DNA of 64,000 nt from Candidatus Latescibacterota bacterium (GTDB lineage Bacteria; Latescibacterota; UBA2968; GCA-2709665): NCBI GenBank assembly GCA_965226795.1, contig CBDDDZ010000005.1, positions 2,048,001 through 2,112,000 on the forward strand, written 5' to 3'. Shown piece after piece: positions 8,656-17,025 of the stretch. A program made the translations under genes and the position numbers. Numbering within the stretch: the stretch's first letter is position 1; every line of letters begins with the position of its first letter. The notes under the pieces are model-generated. The model searched no databases. It saw nothing but the letters and a program-made list of their open reading frames with translations, and had not been told where the DNA came from.

Positions 8656-8835
8656 TATGCCGAATGGATCCTGGACGTACTTGATAGCGGGATTCTCCGG
8701 GTCTTCCGCCCATCCGGCCGGGTTATCCTCGTTGTATCGCCGAATCCGGGGCAGGTTCACTATGTGCCGGAAGTTCCAGCTTGCCAGCACGTCGACCCCG
8801 GCCAGGGTCGCCGTAGCGATATGCAGGGCATCGCT
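8656..8835 (-). pseudogene. Chimeric relic: PIN C-terminal fragment joined to a RAYT C-terminal fragment
   Basis: Reads DALHIATATLAGVDVLASWNFRHIVNLPRIRRYNE then DNPAGWAEDPENPAI; no N-terminus. Confidence 0.75.
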
Positions 8836-8863
8836 CGCCCTTGCGCTTTAGTTTCCCTTCGGG

Positions 8864-9079
8864 TCAGCCGTCGCGACGATCTGTTGGCATGTCCTGCGTC
8901 GATTTGCGTATCCGCGCAGCCAATGCTTCCAGCCTGGGGTCGGAATACCGCCTGGAATTGAACCACTCTACCTGTTCCTCGATGGTCATGTCGGCGGTCT
9001 CGGCGGCAATGCGGGCGCGGGCGTCGCGCATGAACCGGACGCAGTCAAACTTCTTTTCAACGCGAGTCGCTTCAGTCAT
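8864..9079 (-). CDS. Small hypothetical protein downstream of the PIN domain (possible antitoxin partner)
   Basis: MTEATRVEKKFDCVRFMRDARARI; start overlaps the end of the HsdM-PIN ORF, with GGAGG upstream. Confidence 0.65.
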   Translation of the reverse strand: MTEATRVEKKFDCVRFMRDARARIAAETADMTIEEQVEWFNSRRYSDPRLEALAARIRKSTQDMPTDRRDG

Positions 9080-11510
9080 GGACGATTTCCTCCGGCGTGC
9101 GAATGTCGATGGCAGAGTATCCATTCTGACGATTGACCTCGTTGCAGGCCCTGATGCGCCGCCAGTTCACCATGTGCCTGAAATTCCAGCTTACCAGGAC
9201 ATCGGCTCTGGCAAGGGTGGCGAGGGCGATGTGCAGCGCATCGGTCCGATTGGCCCCACCCAGGGCCTCACCCGAGATGTAGGCATCGGCGAGCTTTCTT
9301 GCTTCTCTTGAAACGGCGAGCAATTCCGTGTGTTCCGGGGGAACGATGCTGGCCACCTGCCTGATGGAAGGCGGAGCATCCGCCAGTTCATCCAGAGTGA
9401 CGGCCGAGAGGAGCATCGTGGCTTCCCCCCGGCGAAAGACCTCGAAGAGCTGCTTCGATTGCTCGCGGAATTCATTGTCATGGCAGCCGCCGATCACCGA
9501 GGTATCCACGTAGATGCGCGGCTTGCCGTACACAACCGACGGTTCGCGCACCATCGGCAGATCCCCGAGCAACCCCTCCGTTTCTTTCTCCAGCGCCACG
9601 ATGTCCGCCCGGATCTCCTCCAGGGTCCGCATAGGCTGTGGTTTGTAGAAATATCGGGTGAAGCTGATCTCGTAGCCGATTCTTATGCTGTCTGCTTGGT
9701 ACCAGGCATCAGCGGCATAGGGCAGAACTTCCCGCCGCAGGAAAGCTTCAATGCCACCCTCCTCCTGCAGCGGAATCTGCTCGGTGTCGCGCAGGTCGGT
9801 GTCGGGTTCGTACTCCACCACGACGGGCTTGCCGTTTACAGTAGCTTCGAACCGGCCGCGCAGCGGGTCGGCCTTAGTGTCTCTCTTATGGATCTTCTTG
9901 ATGATGTGCGGCGCGGTGTCGCTGCGCTCGCCGCTCTCCTTCAGCTTCTTAATCTCGGCGGCCTTGTAAGCGCGGCTGGGGTCGGCACCTTCGAGCCGCA
10001 GCGGCCGTTCGACCATCACCTTCCAGTAGCCGAAGGCGGCGTTGTCGAAGATCTTGCTCTGCTCGCTTTCCTCAAAGGCGAGGAAGGTGTCGCAGATGCG
10101 CTGGATGTCCTCCTCGCCGAGTTCGCAGTTCTTCTTGCCCAGGTTCTTGCGCAGAGGCCGGTACCACCCGGTGGCGTCGATCAACTGCACCTTGCCCCGG
10201 CGATGCTCCGGCTTGCAGTTAGTGAGTACCCAGACGTAGGTGGCGATGCCGGTGTTGTAGAACATGTTGAGCGGCAGGGCGACAATCGCCTCCAGCCAGT
10301 CGTTCTCGATGATCCAGCGGCGGATATTGCTCTCGCCCTGGCCGGCGTCGCCGGTGAACAGGGAACTGCCGTTGTGCACCTCGGCGATGCGGCTCCCGCC
10401 CTCCTTCATCTTGGAGAGCTTGTTGGCGAGAAAGAGCATCTGGCCGTCGCTGGAGCGGGTGACCAGAGAATATTCGGGATCTGCGGCGTGCTCGATCACG
10501 AAGCGCGGGTCCCGCATTTCCTTCTTGCCGCCCATGCGCTCCAGATCGGTCTTCCAGCTCTTACCGTAGGGCGGATTGGAGAGCATGAAGTCGAACTCGC
10601 GGGACGGGAAGGCGTCGTTGGCCAGGGTGGAGTGCTCGGGGCCGCCCACGATGTTGTCGGCGGCGTCGCCTTCACCCTTCAGCAGCAGGTCGGCCTTGCA
10701 GATGGCGTAGGTTTCGGCATTGATCTCCTGGCCGTAGAGATGGGTGGAGACCTGCCTGCCTTTTTCGGCGGCGAGTTGCTGAAGCACGTCTTCGGCCACG
10801 GTCAACATGCCGCCGGTGCCACAGGCTCCGTCGTAGATCAGGTAGGTGCCGGACTTGATCTGGTCGGCGACGGGCAGGAAGACCAGCTTCGCCATCAGGG
10901 TCACGGCGTCGCGCGGGGTCCAGTGCTCGCCCGCCTCCTCGTTGTTCTCCTCGTTGAAGCGCCGGATCAGTTCCTCGAAGATCGTCCCCATGCCGTGGTT
11001 GTCAAGGCCGGGGTGCCTGACCGTGCCGTCGGCATTGCGCACCGGGGCCGGGCTCAGGTTGATGTCGGGCGAGGTGAGTTTTTCGATCAGCGTGCCCAGG
11101 GCGTCGGCCCTGGACAGCCGCGAAACCTGGTTGCGGAACTCAAAGTTTTCGAGGATGTCCTGGACGTTGGGCGAGAAACCGTCAAGCCAGGCCCGGAAGT
11201 CGGCCTCAAGCTGCTGGCGATTGGCGCGGGCGCGCAGGTCGCGCAGGGTGAACGTGGAGGTATTGTAGAAGTCCTGTCCCGCCGCCTGCCGCAGGGGCTC
11301 GTGTTGGTCGACCAAGCCAATTTTGTCGAGGGAGGCCTGCATGTCCAGGACGTTCTGCTTGCTATCCTCCAGTACCGCGTCGAGCCGGCGCAGAACGGTC
11401 ATCGGCAGGATCACGTCGCGGTACTTTCCGCGCACGTACAGATCGCGCAGCACGTCGTCTGCGATTCCCCAAATGTAGTTTGCGATCCAGTTAAGGTCGG
11501 CATTACTCAT
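9072..11510 (-). CDS. hsdM: Type I RM methyltransferase subunit M with an in-frame C-terminal PIN domain
   Basis: AGEHWTPR, YDGACGTGG, NPPY and the canonical end RTLEEIRADI..LE. The frame then continues ~160 aa with IYVDTSVIGG, TLDEL, DALHIA and SWNFRH. Confidence 0.92.
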   Translation of the reverse strand: MSNADLNWIANYIWGIADDVLRDLYVRGKYRDVILPMTVLRRLDAVLEDSKQNVLDMQASLDKIGLVDQHEPLRQAAGQDFYNTSTFTLRDLRARANRQQLEADFRAWLDGFSPNVQDILENFEFRNQVSRLSRADALGTLIEKLTSPDINLSPAPVRNADGTVRHPGLDNHGMGTIFEELIRRFNEENNEEAGEHWTPRDAVTLMAKLVFLPVADQIKSGTYLIYDGACGTGGMLTVAEDVLQQLAAEKGRQVSTHLYGQEINAETYAICKADLLLKGEGDAADNIVGGPEHSTLANDAFPSREFDFMLSNPPYGKSWKTDLERMGGKKEMRDPRFVIEHAADPEYSLVTRSSDGQMLFLANKLSKMKEGGSRIAEVHNGSSLFTGDAGQGESNIRRWIIENDWLEAIVALPLNMFYNTGIATYVWVLTNCKPEHRRGKVQLIDATGWYRPLRKNLGKKNCELGEEDIQRICDTFLAFEESEQSKIFDNAAFGYWKVMVERPLRLEGADPSRAYKAAEIKKLKESGERSDTAPHIIKKIHKRDTKADPLRGRFEATVNGKPVVVEYEPDTDLRDTEQIPLQEEGGIEAFLRREVLPYAADAWYQADSIRIGYEISFTRYFYKPQPMRTLEEIRADIVALEKETEGLLGDLPMVREPSVVYGKPRIYVDTSVIGGCHDNEFREQSKQLFEVFRRGEATMLLSAVTLDELADAPPSIRQVASIVPPEHTELLAVSREARKLADAYISGEALGGANRTDALHIALATLARADVLVSWNFRHMVNWRRIRACNEVNRQNGYSAIDIRTPEEIVHD

Positions 11511-11539
11511 CGTTGTACTGCTCCTCGAAATAGGACTAC

Positions 11540-11700
11540 GAGTCGCTCGGCAGTTTCAAACCTCGATGGATTCTTCTCTAACGAGATGAAGGCGAATCAC
11601 CCCTCGGGCGCCGCCTTCGTCAAAGTAACATCGCACCGCATCTTGGACCGAGTTTTTCAGGCATTCCCAATTATCTTGCTAGGTGAAGATGCCGTAGCCA
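11540..11700 (-). pseudogene. Degenerate HicB-like antitoxin fragment followed by the first codons of a HicA-like gene
   Basis: GYGIFT*QDNWECLKNSVQDAVRCYFDEGGARGVIRLHLVREESIEV* with an internal TAG at 11679-11681, then an overlapping TTG-KLPSDS. Confidence 0.6.
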
Positions 11701-11724
11701 GGCGATTCGGCCGGGCTCGGGTGG

Positions 11725-11946
11725 TCAAACCGTAACCATGTAGTGGTTCACCACGACCGACTCCGCGGCCTGATCATCATCCCGCTCAAGCTCGTCGAGA
11801 TACAACCTGATCGCGTCGGCGACCAGGTCACGCACCTCTTCCTCCGTTTTCCCCGCCACGCCAACGCCGGGAAGTTCCGGAACATACGCCCCATACGCGC
11901 GGGGTCCGTATTTCTCTACAATGACCAGATACTCAGCCTGCGCCAT
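11725..11946 (-). CDS. hicB: HicB-family antitoxin (short form)
   Basis: YGAYVPELPGVGVAGKTEEEV motif. Confidence 0.9.
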   Translation of the reverse strand: MAQAEYLVIVEKYGPRAYGAYVPELPGVGVAGKTEEEVRDLVADAIRLYLDELERDDDQAAESVVVNHYMVTV

Positions 11947-12151
11947 CTCCAACCTCCGTGTCGTTCTCTTTCAAACCGGCCTGTTTGAGCACCTGGCTAA
12001 GCGTGCCCGCCTTCATGTCTGCGTTGGGATTTCCAGCAACCACTACGATGCCAGACCTGGTAGAGTGTCGCATCACCCGGTGGCTCCCGCGGCGACGGAC
12101 CTCGTACCATCCGTCCTCTTGCAACTGTCTCAACACGTCACGGACCTTCAC
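11933..12151 (-). CDS. hicA: HicA-family toxin
   Basis: DGWYEVRRRGSH...GTLSQVLKQAGL. Confidence 0.9.
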   Translation of the reverse strand: MKVRDVLRQLQEDGWYEVRRRGSHRVMRHSTRSGIVVVAGNPNADMKAGTLSQVLKQAGLKENDTEVGDGAG

Positions 12152-12226
12152 GTCAAGATTATACCCCTGTGAAAGGAACCCGCGGAAAGATAATCGCTGA
12201 CAGGAAAATGTAGATCACCGCTGACC

Positions 12227-13402
12227 TCATCCCCGGTTACCTCCCCCCCACGCGGACGAGAACTGTTCGCCCTCCAGAAACCTGCCGGGACGGAACGGGT
12301 GCAGATCGAACGCAGGCGTCCGGCCGAGAATCACGTCGCTCAGCGAATCGGCAATCGGCGGACCCAGCTTGAACCCGTGTCCGCTCCCGCCGAAAAAGGC
12401 ATAGTAGCCCTCCAGCCCCGGTTCGGATCCGACCAGGGGATGCCAGTCGTCCGTAATCGTATAGACGGACGCCCAGCCCTTTACGTATTCGCCCTGCCTG
12501 AACGCCGGCACCCGTTCAAAGGTCCCCGTCTCGATGCGCCGGCGCGTGGGTTCATCAAGGACGGGATCGTACGCGTCGACGTCCATCGGCTCCACCTCTT
12601 TGGGAAAGCTCAAGCCGGCCAGCAGTCCGTCGTCGCCGTCGGGACGAAAATAGACCCGCAGATTGGGATCGGAAACCACGGGAAACCGGCCGAATCCCTC
12701 CGGCAATCGCAATACCAGATCGCTCTCCCGGCTCCATCGCACCGAATAATTCAACCCCGCGGACAATCCCATCCGGCGGCCCCAGGGTCCTGCGGCGTTG
12801 ATCACCATTTCCGTCCGGACTTCGCCCGCGTCGGTATCCACCCCGGTCACACGGCTGCCGGACAGCCGAATCTGCGTTGCTCCCACGCCCTCGTAACACA
12901 CCAGTCCCCAGTCTTTCGCCCGCGTTACCAGGTTCCGTACCGTCTTAACGGGGTCCGCGTAACCGGAAGCGGGTTCATAGATACCGCCAACGATCCCTTC
13001 TGTATTCACGCCCGGGACGAGTTCCAGGATCTCATCCGTACCCGCCTCCACGGCGCGGGTGTGGTTCCGCTGTTCCGCCGCAAGCACCGCTCTACCTGCG
13101 GCGGCGGTATGCTCACCCAGTAGACACATGTACCCCGTATTGCGAAAGTCACAGTCTCCCCCCAGCGCCTCCTCCCCGTTCGCAAACATCTCCAGCGCCT
13201 TCATGGACAATTGGATGGTCAGATCGTTCGAGTAAAAGGTGCGGATCACCGCGGCCGAATGCCCCGTGCTCACGGCTGCCAGCGTCCGCTTTTCCAGAAG
13301 CACGACGGCGCCGAGACCCTTCTTTGCCAGAAAATGGGCTATGCTGGCACCCATGATGCCGCCGCCGATCACCACGGCGTCTGCCACCTTTACCATCTGC
13401 AT
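12227..13402 (-). CDS. FAD-dependent oxidoreductase (DAO/sarcosine oxidase beta family)
   Basis: VIGGGIMG dinucleotide-binding motif, NAAGPW and GSGHGFKLGP. Confidence 0.88.
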   Translation of the reverse strand: MQMVKVADAVVIGGGIMGASIAHFLAKKGLGAVVLLEKRTLAAVSTGHSAAVIRTFYSNDLTIQLSMKALEMFANGEEALGGDCDFRNTGYMCLLGEHTAAAGRAVLAAEQRNHTRAVEAGTDEILELVPGVNTEGIVGGIYEPASGYADPVKTVRNLVTRAKDWGLVCYEGVGATQIRLSGSRVTGVDTDAGEVRTEMVINAAGPWGRRMGLSAGLNYSVRWSRESDLVLRLPEGFGRFPVVSDPNLRVYFRPDGDDGLLAGLSFPKEVEPMDVDAYDPVLDEPTRRRIETGTFERVPAFRQGEYVKGWASVYTITDDWHPLVGSEPGLEGYYAFFGGSGHGFKLGPPIADSLSDVILGRTPAFDLHPFRPGRFLEGEQFSSAWGGGNRG

Positions 13403-13588
13403 TACTCCTGCCCGAGCGGTGACTCCCGCTCTTTTTCTCTTCGCCTTTTTAGAAGCTCGACTTCGAGGTTAGTGACATCACCGGTCACTCTCCCCACACG
13501 CCTGACCGTCGGCCCGGCCCGCGGGGCACACGTCATCCGGAACGTACGCCGGCGCCTGTTCCGTGGTGAAGACCCCCACCAACACAGG

Positions 13589-13990
13589 TCAGACCTTTAC
13601 GAAGACCATCGTTACCTGCGACTCGCCAAGCCTCGAAGCCAATGTCAGTTCATTGCCGCTTTTGGTGGCGGTGGTTCCGGTGACGCCAAGTGTCGCTGCT
13701 TCCTGGAACAAAATATCCGATCCTTCTATGGCATACGTTCCGTCGGAATACCGATCTTCAAGCTGAAGCACAGGTATATTCAGACTCATCGAAAAGTCGC
13801 CCGTTGTCGTCAGGACGAGCGTGCCGGTTGCCTCGGGCGGATGGAGGGTGCGGGTTTCAGATCCGCTTGTCAATTGAATCTCGCTCAGCGTATAGGTGCC
13901 TGCGAGCGTATCGTAGTTCAGCGGATTGTCATCTCCGCAAGACATCGCAAACAGTGCCAGTACAAACGAAATTCCTGCAAACGTTCTCAT
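13589..13990 (-). CDS. Putative lipoprotein, lipocalin-like
   Basis: Signal peptide ending AMSC; LAGTY...GTY pattern. Confidence 0.6.
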   Translation of the reverse strand: MRTFAGISFVLALFAMSCGDDNPLNYDTLAGTYTLSEIQLTSGSETRTLHPPEATGTLVLTTTGDFSMSLNIPVLQLEDRYSDGTYAIEGSDILFQEAATLGVTGTTATKSGNELTLASRLGESQVTMVFVKV

Positions 13991-14035
13991 TCGTGATTCT
14001 CCGGAACCGGATCGTATTCCGCGAATCTGGAGCCC

Positions 14036-14899
14036 CTACCGGATAAATCCCTCCAGATACGCCTTCGCCGCCAGCAGCCCCTCCTGATTCAACGCCGTGT
14101 TACCCATATAACGATCGTCTTCCAGCTCAATTGCAAGCGGCCCATCGTAGCCGAATTCTTCGAGCCGCGCGACGATCCAAACCCAGTCTGCGTCGCCCCA
14201 TCCTGGAATACAGTACCGCCACCAGCCTTCCCCGTGTCCATATCTCCTGCCGAAACTCTGGCCGAGGCTGCCGTAAAGGTACATGCCGTCGGCCAGCAGT
14301 TCCGTATCTTTAGCATGCACGTGACGGACGCGGTTGCCGAATTCCATCAACAGGCGCTGATAATCCACACCGATCCGGATGAAATGCGAGGGATCATAGC
14401 AGATCCCCAGATGAGGCGAAGGCACAACCTTAAAGATGGCCCGAAGCGTCTCGGGTGTACATCCCAGATTGCCGTAGGTGGGGGCTCCACCGGGGTAGGG
14501 TTCGATGGCAAGAAACACACCCTGCTGTTCCGCGTAATCCACCACACCGGGATAGACCTCTTTGAAGATCTCGAAACTCTCGGACCGGGATTGCAGGCGG
14601 TCGTCCGGCGCCAGGCACAGAAACACCACCCCGGAACCGTGGGCGCCCGTTGCGCGAATGCGCCGCTTCATCGCCGTGACCGCCCCGCGCCGCACCTGAG
14701 CGTCTTTGCTCAGCAAAGCGCCTCCCACGCCCCAATCGACGGTACCGATCGCCAATTCCGATTTGTCGAAAATCCGCCGAACCCTGGCGTCGACTTCCGG
14801 CACATCCACAGATCCGAATCCGCATTCGCTGGCCCAGGCCACCACACCCTCGAGACCCAGTTCCCTTCCCATCGGTGGAATCCGCATCCCAACGTGCAT
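14036..14899 (-). CDS. Sugar phosphate isomerase/epimerase (xylose isomerase-like TIM barrel)
   Basis: LAIEP, YDPSH, HVHAKD and IELED metal-binding motifs. Confidence 0.88.
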   Translation of the reverse strand: MHVGMRIPPMGRELGLEGVVAWASECGFGSVDVPEVDARVRRIFDKSELAIGTVDWGVGGALLSKDAQVRRGAVTAMKRRIRATGAHGSGVVFLCLAPDDRLQSRSESFEIFKEVYPGVVDYAEQQGVFLAIEPYPGGAPTYGNLGCTPETLRAIFKVVPSPHLGICYDPSHFIRIGVDYQRLLMEFGNRVRHVHAKDTELLADGMYLYGSLGQSFGRRYGHGEGWWRYCIPGWGDADWVWIVARLEEFGYDGPLAIELEDDRYMGNTALNQEGLLAAKAYLEGFIR

Positions 14900-15100
14900 A
14901 ACAACCTCCGTGAAAATCGTGAGTAAGTCGGCGGGCGGCGGCGGGCGGAAAGCGCCTCTGAACCGGCGGAAGCGCTTTCGAGGCCCTCCACTCGGACGAG
15001 CCCGTCCGAAGCCGGCGTACGTGGAAATTCCCTCAGACGTGCCCTGTACACGGCAATGAACGGCTGGATTCCAATGTTCCGTCCGTTGCGGGACGCTGTT

Positions 15101-16006
15101 CTAAACCGTCCACAGGTCGCGGATGTCGGAAAGAATCGCATCCAGTTCGAGGTGGTCGAGCGAATCCAGCGGCCTGGTCATTGGCGCCCGCACATAAGCC
15201 GAGCGGATCACCCCCCGGCGGCGCAGCACTTCCTTGTATGCGTGCACACTGTGAAGCATCTCGAAATTCAAAAGCGGCAGCAGGCGGTTGAATACCTCAC
15301 GGGCGCCCGACGCGTCGCCCGCCTGATAGACATTCCAAACTGCGGCATGTACGTCGGTTACGTCGCAGGCAGGCATCGTTCCGGCGGCCCCCCGCCGCAT
15401 CTCATCCAACATGTACCTACCTGCCGCACCCCCGAACACGCCCTCCACCGAATCCCCGCAGGCGGCAATGTCCGCCGTAACGGAATGGGTAACCGGGGGG
15501 ACTTCCTCCTTGATGTAAAGCACGCGTTCAATCTCGCGGGCAAGCCGACCCAACAACGCGGGTGACATCGGCACCCCGATCGGCAACGGATAGTTCTGGA
15601 TGAAAATCGGCAGTCCCGTCGCCCTGGAAAGCGCCTCGTAATACGCCCTCACGCGATCGGCCGGGGGCTTGGATATATAGGGCGGCATTGCAATCAGGGC
15701 GTCGGCCCCCGCATCCTCGGCATGTTTCGCGATCCACACGGCCACCTGGGCGCTCACCCCGGACACACCGGCGACGAAAGGCAACCGACCGTGCACCGTC
15801 CTGCCAACGATCTCGATTACCCGCAACCGTTCCGGATCGGACAACGCGCTGAATTCGCTCGCATTCACGGGCGCGACCAATCCGTGCGCTCCCGCCGCGA
15901 TCGAAAACTCCACCTCGGCCTTCAACCCCGCTTCATCCAGCGAACCATCGTCCAAAAATGGTGTTGTCAGGATGACATACACCCCCCGAAACGGCCGCCC
16001 AGCCAT
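15101..16006 (-). CDS. Dihydrodipicolinate synthase family aldolase
   Basis: TPF, ALIAMPPY, IQNY and Schiff-base Lys in YIKEE. Confidence 0.88.
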   Translation of the reverse strand: MAGRPFRGVYVILTTPFLDDGSLDEAGLKAEVEFSIAAGAHGLVAPVNASEFSALSDPERLRVIEIVGRTVHGRLPFVAGVSGVSAQVAVWIAKHAEDAGADALIAMPPYISKPPADRVRAYYEALSRATGLPIFIQNYPLPIGVPMSPALLGRLAREIERVLYIKEEVPPVTHSVTADIAACGDSVEGVFGGAAGRYMLDEMRRGAAGTMPACDVTDVHAAVWNVYQAGDASGAREVFNRLLPLLNFEMLHSVHAYKEVLRRRGVIRSAYVRAPMTRPLDSLDHLELDAILSDIRDLWTV

Positions 16007-16047
16007 TCATCTCCCTTTCGTTCGCAATTATCGTTCAACCTCAAACC

Positions 16048-16129
16048 ATGGTAAGGCGGAGATAACAGATGTCAAGCGGAAAATCCCCGCGATATTTCGA
16101 TTGACACACCCCGGACCCCGACCTACCAT
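16048..16129. promoter_or_regulatory. Pair of divergent sigma-70-like promoters
   Basis: Plus strand TTGACA(16101)-17 bp-TACCAT; minus strand TTGACA(16075)-16 bp-TACCAT. Confidence 0.6.
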
Positions 16130-16169
16130 ACCCAATCAACATGCGTGAACCCCTCTCCCCGCGTTGCCG

Positions 16170-16907
16170 ATGCAGATCGACCCGCAAAAACTCCATGAAC
16201 TGCGCAGCTTCATGAACGCGCTCTCACCCACTGATCCACCGCGGGCGGCCTTTTTGCGACGGGCGATGAAGGGTCTCAACCGGCCAGGCGGCAACCTGGT
16301 CGTGATGGATGCCTCCTTTAATCCGATGACCGTCGCCCACGAAGCCATGCTGAAACGAGCGTCGGAAACGTGCCGGGCCGGCGAAGCCCTGCTATTGCTA
16401 TCTCACGCAAATGTCGACAAGACCATCTATGGAGCATCTCTGGCGCAGCGTCTGGCCATGCTCGACCATTACGCAGAACCCTGTCGAAGCATCTCCGTTG
16501 CCGGTTGCAGCCACGCCAGATTTGTCGATAAAGCAAGCGCCCTTCGCCCCATCTATCCCGAATCGACCGGACTGTTCTTCGTGGTAGGATACGACACCCT
16601 GTTGCGGCTGTTCGACCCCAGGTACTATATCGATATGGCGGATGAACTATCCGCGCTTTTCGACGTCGCCCACATCGTCGCCGCCAACCGCGACAATATC
16701 GACCCGGAAGCCGTGCGAAGGCTGGCGAACAGCCCGGAATATGCCGCATTTTCCGACAGAATCCATTTCATCAGGCTGGACGGCGTTCATTCACGGATAT
16801 CCTCCACGGAAGTCCGGGAGTTAAAAAGAAAGTGCATGGCAATCGGTCACCTGGTTCCGCCCCGCATCGCAGACGCCATCGATGCGTTGAACCTGTATCG
16901 CGCCTGA
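16170..16907 (+). CDS. Nicotinate/nicotinamide-nucleotide adenylyltransferase-like protein
   Basis: ASFNPMTVAH, VGYDTLLRLFDPRYY and ISSTEVR motifs. Confidence 0.78.
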   Translation: MQIDPQKLHELRSFMNALSPTDPPRAAFLRRAMKGLNRPGGNLVVMDASFNPMTVAHEAMLKRASETCRAGEALLLLSHANVDKTIYGASLAQRLAMLDHYAEPCRSISVAGCSHARFVDKASALRPIYPESTGLFFVVGYDTLLRLFDPRYYIDMADELSALFDVAHIVAANRDNIDPEAVRRLANSPEYAAFSDRIHFIRLDGVHSRISSTEVRELKRKCMAIGHLVPPRIADAIDALNLYRA

Positions 16908-17025
16908 GGGTCAACGGACGCGTAACAGCGCCGACGAACGGCGACCGGCGCCTTTTCCTGCACCTGTAACCCCCGCTTCACTTTTGACTGAATAAACGCT
17001 TCAAGGTTCCATAGGAGGAACGTAC

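Noticed and set aside
9330..11735. 801-aa plus-strand ORF
   Set aside because: Antisense shadow of hsdM in GC-rich DNA, with no recognisable motifs.
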